From NCBI GenBank assembly GCA_015680685.1, contig MNCI01001921.1, positions 200,662 through 264,661 on the forward strand: a DNA stretch of 64,000 nt, in the 5' to 3' direction. The translations under genes and the position numbers were made by a program. Numbering within the stretch: position 1 is the stretch's first letter; each line of letters begins with the position of its first letter. Below the pieces are notes generated by a model, which saw only the letters and a program-made list of their open reading frames with translations, had not been told where the DNA came from and did no database searches. Positions 1 to 12,744 of this stretch are shown here, in pieces. This stretch comes from Gnetum montanum. Lineage: Eukaryota; Plantae; Gnetophyta.

Positions 1-3000
1 TCAAATAGAACAAATAGATTCTAAGTGCCCAAGTATATGGATTTACAATTTTTTTGCAAAATTGGATGTTCATGAAAACAGGATTAAATACCCTAGACAA
101 AACTAATATCCAACTTCTATAGCAACTGAAAAGTGAGGGAGAAGATTCAAAAATCATGAAGGATCATTGTTGCATGGTGCTGCTACTTATCTTTTGGTGA
201 AGACAGTCCCACTTCTATTCTATGCTTCCCACTACAATCATAACAAAATTGTGAATTAGTGTGCAATGTGTAATGCATAGCCTTTAGGTACCTTATCTTG
301 TTTGTAGTTACACTTGGCTAGGTTGTGATTATGGTGGATTGATTATTTTAATTGTGTTAGTAGGAGACTAAAAATAGGATGAAATAGATAAGTAGTCCAT
401 TATTAAATTTTAAAAAGTCCAAATGTAATGAAATTCTTGAAGAGGGTTAAAGAATTCATAATAATAAAAAGAGGATTTCATTGAAAAATTTTGTGAAGAT
501 GTGTACAATTGGATGTCATTGATGGGTTCATGGAAAAGGATTCAATTGTGAGAATGTCTGACGATAAAGAACTAAACTAATTCAACCAAAAGGTATGCAA
601 GTGGATCCTCCCCAAAGTAGGCACATACCCTTTATTTTCCTTGCATAACTTCAAACCAAGAAGTCTGTGGGCACCACGGATGATTAATGGTTATGGAAAG
701 TTAAGTACAAAAACTTGAAAGAAACTACTTGAGAATTTTGACACATCAAACCAAGACATCGAACAAGAACATAAAATTGATAGTGAGGTGAGACATGAAA
801 AGCATAGATGGATGAGAGAGAGAGTGGAATGGAGTTCCTGATTAAGGTCACATGAAGTCCCTTGTGAATTTTGTGGTTAAATGACTTGATAAAATCCATC
901 CTTAGTTAAAACCAACACCAACCATGTTTAGTGACTTCACATTACCACTCTAACACCTGTCCATCCCCTTAAGACACAAGAGTGATTCCATAGATCAACC
1001 ATTGTTCCCTATTGAAAAAGAAAAGAGAAGAAAGAAATGAGAAAGGGCCTTAGTTAGAGGGGACCTTTAGGCATGGGTAACATGGCTTTATTGTTCCATA
1101 ACTATTGCTTGTAGCCCATTTATTTTGTCTAAGGGATGTGCTTTAAATTCCCATCATCTTTTTTTTAGATGGGAACCACACCATGCAAAGGCTTAAGACT
1201 TATTCAACTTTCTATTATTGGTTGACATGGAATAGTAAGAAATCCATAAAAACACACATGCACCCAAGTAAGTAGAAAGACAAAAAGAGTATCAAGTCAC
1301 CTTGAAGTCACATCTTATTCAAACCTTTGAATCCTTTCCAAATCTAGAAACTACCAAGGTCACAAATTTATTAAAGTTTTATTAATGAAAAAGGATCTCA
1401 TACTTCTAGAACAAGGAAAACCATAAAGTTTATCGATGAGTGGGTGTTGTGGACTCACTATCTGTTTCATAAAAAGAAGCCATGTCCTAGTTATCAGTAA
1501 CAAAATTCAAAGCTAGAATATAGACACCAATAATCAAATAACTCGATAGCACATGTCCACATCAAACAAACCATGCTATACCTAGTTAGCAATAAAGCAT
1601 GTTATTATTAAAACACAACAATAAAATCACACCAAAAGAAAGAAAATTATATAAGAAATTGTAAAATATTTAAGAAAAATAAAACGTACTAATGATGTTG
1701 TGAAAAATTTTGAAAAATTAATAATGTAAAAACAAAATGGTGTAAGATAAAGAATGTGTAAAACAAAAAGTTATAAAAAATAACATTATGTAAAACAAAA
1801 ACATGTCAAAAAAAAGGATGAAAAACTAAGGAGCTACTTATATAGTTAGCATGAATGGCCATCTTCCCCATGACTAAGTTGAAAGAAGGAGATCTAAAAG
1901 ATTGAGTGTGGTTGTCCATTCAATGAGACATTTGTTGCACTAGCTTGCTTAAGCTTGTGGAAAGGTTTGATTGGTTGTATGTTGAGTAGCTACTTCTTCA
2001 CTAGGCTCTTAGGTTTGTAGATCAACAGGGTCCTAGAAGAAAATTTTTTGTAAATTATATAAGTTCATTCCTATAACATGTAGAACTTAGTTCATTGAGG
2101 TATGTGTGTGGGGTCCTAGTAGAGGGCCTTATCTCTTGGTTGAAATTTAAATTTTCGAATTCTAAGGTCATGGCACTTTTTGTTAAATGCCTTGTGTAGC
2201 TTGTTAGATGATAGGGCCACCAATTGATTTTCATCTAGCAAGTTGAGGTATATTAATATTTTTTCTTATGCTAGACTTAAATCAAGGTCAAGGTCACAAG
2301 TTGTTGAAGGTGTATAGAGCTTAGATTGAATAGGAAGTGTTGGTAATTTTCGGTACACTAGCTCATAGGAAGAATAGCCTATAGAGAGTTTTCATGTTGA
2401 GTGATATGCCTAGAGGGCGTTGTTGAGTTTTATGCTCCAGTATCTCCTATATTTTCTAATAGTTCTCATTAGGATCTTTGTCATTTCCCTATTTATAACC
2501 TTAGCTTGACCATTGTCTTGGGGGTGATAGGCTATTGTTAGTTTATGTTCAACCTCCAAGCGTTGCATGAGGTTCCAACAAGTAGTGCTTGTAAAGTGGG
2601 TTTCATTATCAAAAATTAATGCATGTGGCATACCAAACCTATTTACAACATTCTATTATACAAACTAAGTAATATTAGAAAATGTACAATCAGTGATGGC
2701 TGCTGCTTCTACCCATTTTATATAATGGTCAACAGTGACTATGATGTATGCCTTTCCATTTGACATGGGCTTGATGGGATCCATGAAATCAATGCCCCAG
2801 ATGTCAAAGAGTTATAGTGGTTAAATCCACTATTAAGGTTCCTGCATTTGAGTAGTCATTCCACCATCTCATTCGTAGCATTCACAAGAGTGGATAAATT
2901 GGTGAGAATCCCTAAAAATTGTTGACCAATAATACCCTACCATCATGATTTTAATGGCCATGTGTCTTTCAACATAGTGGCCCCCATAATGACCTCTTGA

Positions 3001-6000
3001 GCTTCTTGGAGAATATGTAGTTAATTAACATCAAGGACACACCAACAAACCAAGCAATTAGTGCACACCTTATAGAGGTGTCTTGATTTCCATAAAGCAT
3101 TTTACCTGGTAAAGAAACTATTATTTATTTTAGTGGTCCAACCCTTATGGCATCTTTTGAGTGAGAAGAGAGGTGAGAATGTCATGGTACCATTTAGGCT
3201 TAGTGGGAAATTTTTCAATTATAGCGCTAGAAAAGAGGGATTCATTAAGAAATAGATCAGATAATGGATTTTCCTCTTTTTTGTTGTGCCATCATAATTG
3301 AGATAAGTGGTTAGTGATCACATTCTCAATTCCATTTTGATCTACCATCATAACATTGAATTCTTATAAGATCACTACCCACCATATGACATAGGGACTC
3401 CCTATTGGCTTATTTATTAAGAAGTGAATCACACTGTGGTTAGTGTGCACAAATACTTTATATCCAAGTACATAGTTCCTGAACTTCTCTAGAGCAAATA
3501 CCACTACCATTAATTCCTTTTCTATGATGGTGTAATTCAATTGTGAACCCATAATGCTTCAACTTGCATAGTGGATGTATTATGGATATTTCTTGTTGTC
3601 CAACTACATAAGCACAACTTCCAAGACATAATTTGATGCATTCATCATAACAAAAAATGGTCTAGACTAGTTGGATGCCTATAGAATTAGAGTTTCTACA
3701 AGTTTCTCCTTCAATTGTTGGAATGTTTTTTCACATTCCTTGGTCTAGACAAATGGAGCATATTTCTTTCATAGCTCAACCAATGGTTTTTTGATCTTAG
3801 ATAAATTCTCTATGAATTACTAGTAGTAGATAGTGTGTCGAAGGAATGACTAGACATCTTGTATAGTTTCCAATTGGCAAGTAATTCCTTGGATAACCCT
3901 TATTTTTTCAAGGTTAATCTCAATTTCTACTTGTGAGATTCTATGCCCCAATACAATGCCTTCTTGGACCATGAGATGGCTCTTTTGCCAATTGAGCCAT
4001 AGGTTTATTTCCACACATCTTTTTAGTACTTTCTTAAGGTGGTCCAAGGCTTGCTCGATTGTATAAGTGGAAAAGTCATCCATAAATACTTCCACTCTGC
4101 TATTGATCTACTACTAAAAGATGCTTAAAATTAGGTATTGGAATGTAGTAGGAGCATTACATAGATGAAAAGGCATTTTGCAATATGAAAAGGTCCTCAA
4201 GGGACTTGTGAATGTTGTTTTAGATTGGTCCATTGGTGCGATCTGGATTTGGTTATATCCACTATAACCATCCAAAAAACTGTAATAGTAATTCCCACAT
4301 ATGGTGTCCAACATCTAATCAACTAATGTCAATGAAAAATGATCTTTGAATGTTATATTCAATAGTCAAAAATAAATGAAGACACACCACTTGACACCTT
4401 TTTTAGCACAATCATGAGTGGAATAACTCACTTACTATTTGCAATGGGATAGATAAACCTTGCCTTGAGAAGTTTTTTCATTTCCTATTTGATGATCTAT
4501 TTCAATTTAGGGTTCAATCACCTCTATGGATGTCTCTTTGGCTTCATGGCTAGATTAGTGTAGATACGATGCTAGAATATCCTAAGATCAATTCCTATGA
4601 GTTTAGGATATGATAAAGCAAAGGTAATTGACCATTTCTCAACCACATTCAATAGCATCGGTTTCTATTCTAGAGCAAGATTTGCATACCAGCTTTCCAT
4701 TTTTAGGAATCTATAGGCTCTTACTTTAAATTTTTAGAAATTTTTAACTCTCCCCAATAGGTATCATCATTTGCATTATTAGAGAGTTGGTGATGAACTT
4801 GCTCTATTTCATCCATGCTTGCGATATAAGAACATGTCAGGCTCTTAGTAGGTTCTATGCACATTGTGCTGCTTTCAAGATCAATGGTTTGCCACTGGGT
4901 GCCCTCTTGTTTTGTGGCTGCTGTGTGTAAACACCTTTGAATATCTACTTTACATGCACACTACCTACATGTAGAAATGAATTCTTGTTTAATGGACCAT
5001 AGTTTCTACATGTAATTGCACCCTGTATTGTTGTATGTGATGCATGGAACTCAATTCTTCTTGATCTTTCTAAATGCATTTTCCTTAGATACTTCTAGGG
5101 AAAGATATCTAATGCCCATTCTTAGATCAATAGTTCTTAGCCATATCCTTTCCTTGATGATTGGAGAGTCCCCTTCATATTTTTCAACCTTGATTACTAG
5201 GAGATTAATAGGATATGACCACCCATAGACAATGGTTACAATGTCTTCTATTAGTCCTAATGAAATCGTAATGGACTAGTTTTTCAATTTCAATCAGATA
5301 TGTCTCTTATTGAGGGGTAGTAGGATCTAGGTAGTATACATCTCATGAGAAATTAAGTTCATAGTAGAACTTGAATCAAGAAGAACCTTACATGGTTCAT
5401 TCCTAGCAATCTACAAATACATGAGAGGACTCCCAAGATCAACTAATTTTCAGGGAAGGTTCCCAGCCCACATCCAATCAAATATGACATGAGTAAGCAT
5501 AATAGTATGGATTCTAGATAGTATTTTCTTTGAAGGGAACTCAAAGGAATTATATGCAGAGAGAGATGGAGAAGTAGGGTTTCCAACTGCATGTGTATGT
5601 GAGGGCTTAGATGGACTATTGGGTTGAAAAAAAGAGAGTCTTTTTTGTGATCTAGTGTCCAAACCACTTGGTTGATGGATTTTTTGTAGATTAATAACCT
5701 TGGTAGCATTACATTACTATAGTTGGGCTAGATGTTCATCCTACATAGATGGAGTAAGCAATAGCTATGTTAAGTGTGGAGGAACAAATGTAGGAATAGG
5801 AGGAGGATAAGGATAAAAAGTGGTATCCCTCCTTAAATATGTAGAATGAGTTCAATAATATTTAAGAGGATAGTAGTGATGTTAGAAAGGAGAAACATGA
5901 TTGGAAGAGTCACATGGAGATAGTAGTTTCTAAGCCTAATACCCATATGGATCAAGTTGTCTATAAGGGCATTATTTCCTTGGTGGTAACAACACTCATA

Positions 6001-7700
6001 ATTGTGGTTGCTACCACTATTAATACTACTTGTATGACTATGATGGAGTTCTACTTCGATAATATTGTTTTTGTTGATGGAATTACCTAGGATTACCTTG
6101 AGGATAAGGTAATATTCTAGGTGTTTTCATTTTTGCTAGTCGTAGACTTAGAGCATACACCCTAGACTCTCATAAGTGTGACACAATGGGGAAACATCCC
6201 TTAGGGTGTTCATATTGGTATATGTCACACCCACCACCATCATTTAATTCCATTTCTACTACTTCCACTATTGTAGAAATCTTATCCTTACCCTTTTAAT
6301 TGGCACATTTAGCTTCTTTTCACCTCCTGCGATCATGATCACTACCTTGTTCTTTGGACTCTTCAACAATTTTCAAGATAGCTTAAAATCTACTATTCAT
6401 AGAGTCTTATAATTTATCTACCTTAGCCAAAATTTTAGAGGTAAATATTTGAATTGGTAAGGTCTTCTAGTTCACTAGCTTATCAAGTAATGATTCCTCC
6501 TCACTATCAAAAAATCAAACCTCTCTCTTGTGAATTGAAGGATCATAATTATATTCTTCTACACTTTCACATTTCCTCAACTCTCCTTCTTCTTTTTTTA
6601 CTTGCTTAATCAACCTTTGGATCTAATGGACTCTTAATTCTAATAATTGCCCTTGGGCATAGACTCCAAGAGTTTTCCTTATTTTGAATTGAATCCCATC
6701 TATGATATGATGAAGTTGCTCCTATTGAGAATAACCATGGCCAGGACATCTATAAAATAGAAAATAATATCGACCCATTGTGGCATCCAAGGGTTTATGT
6801 GTCCCTTGTTTCCATCCTTGGATCTATCTCCTTAATTTGGAAACTCAGGATTACATATGATATTTGTCATTGAATAGTTCGAGCATTATACTCCATTGTT
6901 TGATGGATTCCAGTTCTAAGGATTGGTACTATCTTTTTGCTACTTTAATGAGTATCCTAGGGAACAACTTAAGCTTTTGCTAGTCATTTTCCATATTTTG
7001 CAAGGCACAAGCATCATGAAAAGCTTGAAGATGTTTCTACAGATCTAAGTTCTATCCCCCTTCAAACCTAGGTATATTGTTCATGTTTAGCCTGTTGATC
7101 TAACTATCCTTTATGTGTCTTATAGGAATTCTAAATTTATTTTCAATGTTTAGCATGCTCTAGGTAACTAGCAAAGGCTTATCAAGGCCATGATTTTAGT
7201 GCCTGTGATGCCCTATGCTACCCCTTCAGTCATAGTGATAGGCCTCTCTTGAATGCTCGTGCCCTGAGTATTAACTTGCTTAATAGTCTCAATGATTATC
7301 TTAGTCCTATTAGTCACCTTCATCATGCTTGCAACCCCTATAGTTATGTTTAAATCTAGAAGAGAAAGATCACAATGAAGTTGAAGAGGAAAGAGGACTA
7401 GCATCCTCACAATGCCTACCATCCCCTTTTCAGTGATCGTGGTGATAATCATGATCATGTTTCTTGTCTGCATCCCTGCCATGACTGTCCTTTTTGAATC
7501 CCCCTTTGTCATTGAATCAATTCTTGCTAAAACTAGGATTTTGGATTGTGGACTGTAGGTTCTAGTTTTGACCTCCTTCACTAAAGTCAAATAGAGGAGT
7601 TTCTTTGAATGAAAAACCCCTAGAGAAGGATTCTCCATCTTCTTTTTGGTATGTTAGGTATGGGGAATCATTAAATCACTTTCCCTTCACAATTTTGTAG
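1..7700 (-). mobile_element. Decayed Athila-type Ty3/gypsy LTR retrotransposon A (gag-pol plus ~1.8 kb 3' UTR; 5' LTR lost, 3' LTR outside the window)
   Basis: Minus-strand RT (YYSFLDGYSGYNQIQIAP, VFMDDF), RNase H (NYTIIEKELMVVVFALEKFRNY) and integrase (AYHPQDNGQA) in gypsy order. Bases 1-1900 are the reverse complement homologue of ~60300-62240 of element B. Confidence 0.92.
1846..7700 (-). pseudogene. gag-pol pseudogene of element A (gag ~7700-6150 with CX2CX3HX4C knuckle, protease ~5450-5100, RT ~4560-3750, RNase H ~3700-3300, integrase ~3000-1850)
   Basis: ORF fragments 4114-4314, 3850-4095, 3364-3552, 2410-2631 and 5450-5662; many stops and frameshifts. Confidence 0.9.
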
Positions 7701-7706
7701 TGCTGC

Positions 7707-7888
7707 TCTAGCTATTGATCCCTTAGATGTTATGCATTAGTGGGATGATAAGCACTGTATTTAGTGGGATCATTGACTCCTACTATGCTATGAAAAAAGC
7801 TATATATTGAAGTTAATTAAGCACTGTATTTAGTGGGATCAATGAAGAAACTATATTCTAGCTATTGATCCCTTAGTTAATTAAGCAC
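7707..7888. repeat. Patchwork of short direct duplications at a rearrangement junction
   Basis: TCTAGCTATTGATCCCTTAG at 7707 and 7857; TAAGCACTGTATTTAGTGGGATCA at 7749 and 7818; AGTTAATTAAGCAC at 7811 and 7875. Confidence 0.85.
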
Positions 7889-8303
7889 ATAACTATGATC
7901 GCTTCAAGCATGCACATGATGCTTTGTAATCCTAGTAACACTTAAAGTTTGATAACCCAACAACGTTATATGTGTTCATGATGTGCATGGAAAGTGGGAT
8001 CGAATACTTATGTTAGTTATCAATTAGCACTTAAATTAGTTAAATTGATTATATATAAGTTTCAAATTATTGTTAATCATAGATAAATAAAATTTAAATT
8101 AATAAAAATCATGTGCCTCACTTACACTTAACCATACAATTAAGCTCCATAAGTGTAGTTGAGAAGATAGTGATTATCATGATTAGATTTCACATCCTAG
8201 AATTAGTATTCTTAGGAACTTAAAGTCTATAGAATTTGACCAAATTTTGCATGAAAACTTGTGATTTGTATGGTTGGGCATAGAGGCACCTCGTCGCTCA
8301 TCA
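7880..8303 (+). mobile_element. 3' half of an Athila family-1 LTR (truncated solo or 3' LTR)
   Basis: Aligns with ~53600-54013 and ~62800-63177 and ends ...CTCATCA. No PBS follows. Confidence 0.8.
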
Positions 8304-8476
8304 CCTATGAAGGGTTATAAGGAAATTAATGCCTATGTGGTTTCTTTTTGACAATTTTTCTAACTATGTAATCGTAATGAGTTAAGAATTAATCTAATAA
8401 AGGATATGAGAAAGGAAAAAAGTTATCTAAATCTAAGTAAACATTCTAATAATTCTCAAATATTTAATGATTGTAG

Positions 8477-11183
8477 ATGGCCCCAAAGAGAGGAGCAATT
8501 GGAGGACCCTCATAGCTCACAAGTAAAAGACTAAGAGGCCAAGGTAGAGGTCGAATAGGAGAACAAGATCTAGAACATGTGGAGTAGCAAGCCCAATCCT
8601 TCAACATTTATCACGAAACTCCTGCTACTAGATAGTTGGTCCAAGGAGAGGCAGAGGAACCATAAGTAGAAGGAAAAAACCTCAAATTGCCACCAAACTA
8701 CATGTAAGATATCCAAGAAAAGTTAATCCTGACCATAGTAGTTGTGGAAATGAACTTTGGAAAATTCATAGAATTTTTTCTGGAAGCTGTAAGGATGTAA
8801 CTCCAAGTTTCACTATTATGGCCCACACTTTCAAAAAGCAGTGAAGGGTAGGAGAGACTTATCAATTCTGGCATAATAAAGAAGAAGGCACTATGGTCAA
8901 CATCAAAGGAGTCTTTGTTTCATATTTAATCAAGATGATAACTGAAGCTCTAAACATACTTAATGAAGGGGCAAAAGTAGCATATCTGTCCACGAAATTA
9001 GATGCTAAAACTAGAAATCTATGGATGAAATGAGCATATGGTAAAGAAGACAAAGGATACAATGAGTTAACTTTGGAGGAAATAATTTATTTTAAAATTA
9101 GTACATATCATTTTTTTCCAACAAAAGGATTAATAGATTATCCATGCATGTAGCCATAGGAAGTCCAATCTTGATGAGAAAATATAATGTAAACCTTGCA
9201 CAACTCTATTTCATTGAGATCCAAAGGTGGTTCAAAGAAATGAAAGTAGGGAAGCCAATACTTCCATTTCCTTTCCTTATTAGGAATCTATGCAAACATG
9301 TTGGAATCCTAGGGTATACCAATGATGTTCCCAGGAAGGCCCAACATGCCTTGTATGTTGAACTACTCAAGCTAGAACCACCTAGGAAAGACCAGGATGA
9401 GGAACAAATTGGTGCTTGGGAAACCAAACAAACTACTAAATAACAATAGTAAGTGGGACCCAATGGCTAGTAGAAAGAGCAACAACAACAACAACAATAT
9501 GAACAATAATAGCTGCAAGTTCCACCATTGCCATAGGATTACAAGCCATCAATGAATAATTTGCAATAGATTGCACAAACCATTAGTTGGGAAACACATG
9601 ATGAAGCCAACCTCTATAGAGTAATTGATAGTTCCATACAACCAATAGTTTCCATAAACCTTGCAAGTGGATAGATATCATTGCAGTCAAGAGGAGAGGC
9701 CCAATGGTCATAACAAATTTCTGGAAACACTACATCATTCCAAGTGGTGCTTAAGATTAGAGAAGGAGCCACAATTGTGGTTATTTAGGACCAAGATGTA
9801 GTGGGAGCAGCGGAAGTGATCATAGATCACATTAAAAAATATTTTAATATACTTTTTGTGCCACCATTAGATTTAACTAGAGCTAGGGACACTCAAATGC
9901 TAGTTGGAACCTTAATGACTCCTATAAACCATAAAGATTTGCTAGACTAACTATAATACAACTCATGATGTCACTATAATACGGTATGAACTTATTACAA
10001 CTAAGAATAAGTTGATCATGGAAGAGATTAGGGTAAAGCATGCAGAGAATGAAATCCCCATATTCTAGAAAGAGCTTGTAGCCCTAAGAGCTAAACATAG
10101 AGATCCCACTTAATTCATTATGCCTAACCAACTAGAGTAATTCAAAACAATATAGATTAATCACTTGATTTAGTAGAACAAGAAAATGGAGAATGAGAAG
10201 AAGAAAGCGATGTTGAATGCCTCGGTAGCTAAAGCCCAAATGTATGCACATGCTAAGGCAGTCATCATAGAATAAGAAGGGAATAAGAAACTCACTGTAG
10301 ATAATATGTAATTGACCATTATGGAGAAATAGAATAACATCCTAGAGGAAAGCATCCATTAGTTAAGAGAAAAACTGATGAGGGTCAACTAGGACATGAG
10401 CCACCTCACACAAGAAAAGATAACCATCTCAAAGAAGGAGGTACTCACTATCCACTAGAAACCAACTATTGAAATAAGTGTGTGGTAGAATGAGATAATG
10501 AAACATGAAAGGCTCAATGAATACTTTCGTGATCAAGTGGACATGTATAAGTAAATCAATAAGAAAGAAATCTAGATGGCAAAGGCCCAAATCAAATCCA
10601 TTTCAGCATAAAACCTAATTGGAAACCCATCCTAGATGGCATGACCTATATCCACCAAGAAGAAATTAATAATAAAGACCTACATATAGAGGATCTAAAA
10701 GAATACATGGGGTTAGCTTACCTTTGTTGTGCTAAACTAGCCATGTTAATAGCAAGTAGACCCAAAATTGAATTAGATAGAAAGTGGAAGTCACATATGC
10801 ATTGTATGAAAAAGAGTTTGTAAATCAAAAAGATGCTCTACATAAACTTCAGTTGGAAAGCTCTATGCTAGAAGTAGTTAAGGCTAGCAACTAAGGGCAA
10901 AAATATGTTGTAGTGAACCTTGCCCAAAGATTATCTGATTATCATGAGTTATGAGACAAGGCCATGAAATTTGAGGAAGAGAAATCATAGTTTGCACCAT
11001 GATACATCAAAACCAATTAGATGTTTCCATAGTTATCATGTCTATGAGATGTACCAACTCCATCACACATCACACAACAACCATGGATGGTGCATGACCC
11101 TAGAATGGAGGAAGAGAAACTTTAGGAATTTCTCAGTAAATACAAAGTTTAGAATCATGATGACAAAGGAAAGTGACCAATGA
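8477..11183 (+). pseudogene. Athila extra (env-like / plant-transposon-protein domain) ORF with long coiled-coil C-terminus, decayed
   Basis: Starts MAPKRG. Contains NVNLAQLYFIEIQ...LPFPFLIRNLCKHVGI, resembling the L.FP.LIT.LC..GV motif of Athila ORF proteins. E/K/L-rich heptad-like region at ~10000-11000. Lies immediately upstream of the PPT and 3' LTR. Confidence 0.7.
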
Positions 11184-11408
11184 AGAAGCCACCACCACTA
11201 GGCACTACATAAGCTACATCGTGCTCCATCCAATTTTTGTTTATTCTATTTCAAAATTTTCATGTCATGTCTTGTGTCAATTTTTGTAAAATGCCACTCC
11301 AACATTCAAGAGTCATGTATATAGTTAATTAGTCATGTAAATCTACCTCCCAATTTTGTAAGGAACTCTATCCTTGTTTTGTTTTAACTTGAGGACAAGT
11401 TTTTAGTC

Positions 11409-11421
11409 AATCATGGGGATA
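11409..11421 (+). promoter_or_regulatory. Polypurine tract (PPT)
   Basis: TTGAGGACAAG...TCATGGGGATA directly before TGATAAG, in the same context as 16317-16329 and 62337-62349. Confidence 0.7.
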
Positions 11422-12312
11422 TGATAAGATGAATTTTTATCAACTATGATATAGGGTATCTAATATAAGAACTACAATATTGCATATATGATACTGGAGC
11501 ACAAGCTATAACATTAGATATCTAATATCATGAGACTCATGCCTACTTATAAATATGACACTTTGGCACATAGTGCAACACACAATTTCATCCACCCTTA
11601 CCAAAGCTCTTTCAGTTTATTTTTGTGAATTTAGACTTAGCAACTAGAAGTGCGAATGTCCATAGTATAGTGTGAAATAGTGAACAGTATCTTTATTTGA
11701 GAATTTTGTACTTGGGCACAAGTGTGACCAAAAATAAATATTGAGCTATTTTCTACCATCATTCTCCTAGATTTACTATTTATAGTTAGAATAATTTTCT
11801 TACTATTTCCTAGGTTAATGTTTTACTTTCATAAATCACTTTACTTTTACATGTTCATATGAAGTGGAATGAGTACAACTAATCTCGAGTATTTAAGTGT
11901 AATTTATTGGTAACCTAGTAGTACTATCGCTTGGTACACCCAATAATAGTACACGTGGTATCCCAACGGTAGTTACATGAAGCTCAAGGTATGTACAAAA
12001 GATTAGGAATGAATACCCATCATAGTAGGCTAGACTAGATTCATTATTCATTTTACTTAGTTTATAATTCACCTTTATATTCATCATGTATGCTAGTTAC
12101 CAAAGGATCCAAAAAAAATCATGCATCTCATACCTCATGGAGCACTAAACCATACAGTCAGATTTCTCTAGCTCCATGTGGAAAGATGATGATCATAAAC
12201 TTAAACTAATTACTAGCATATTAACATTATTTTGTCCATGGATTACGATCTGGTCATGCGTGAATGCTTATGACTTGGATGGTTGGATGTTGGATTACTC
12301 CACTACTCATCA
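11422..12312 (+). mobile_element. Athila family-2 3' LTR
   Basis: TGATAA...CTCATCA termini; homologous to 16330-17185 and to the reverse complement of 15149-16040. Confidence 0.85.
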
Positions 12313-12609
12313 AATGGTCAATTACTAGGCTGTAGGTTAAAGCTTCACTTTTAATATATGTTTAGTTTAACTATGGTGTAGGCTACAATAGCAAGCTTGC
12401 CCATTTCCCAACTCTCATTTCTAATTTCTAGTCTCATTTATGTGTTTTAAACTCATGATCACTTTTCAGGTGTGTAGAATTGTTATTTTTGATGGAACAT
12501 TGATTCACAATCACATAAAAAGAATGATTAAAAGACATTTTTAGACTAAATGTTTCTATACTGATCTTCTAGATTTGCTCAATGAGGTAAAAATTTTATG
12601 AACTTTGTT

Positions 12610-12742
12610 TCAATTTTTAGCAAGTTTACATTAAGGGTAGGCACTTAACTCATACTTATTTACTATTATTATGGATGAACTAACAAAGGAAATACAAGAT
12701 TAAATCCCTTGGTATATGCTATTTGCAGATGATATTGTGTTG
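12610..12742 (+). mobile_element. RTE-clade LINE reverse transcriptase fragment
   Basis: Translates to LH*G*ALNSYLFTIIMDELTKEIQD*IPWYMLFADDIVL, matching the plant RTE motif LHQGSALSPYLF...PWCMLFADDIVL. Confidence 0.85.
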
Positions 12743-12744
12743 AT

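Noticed and set aside
684-899. Similar short ORFs at 684-899 and 61164-61514 as a conserved small gene
   Set aside because: They are homologous 3' UTR sequence of elements A and B; starts, ends and frames are not conserved.
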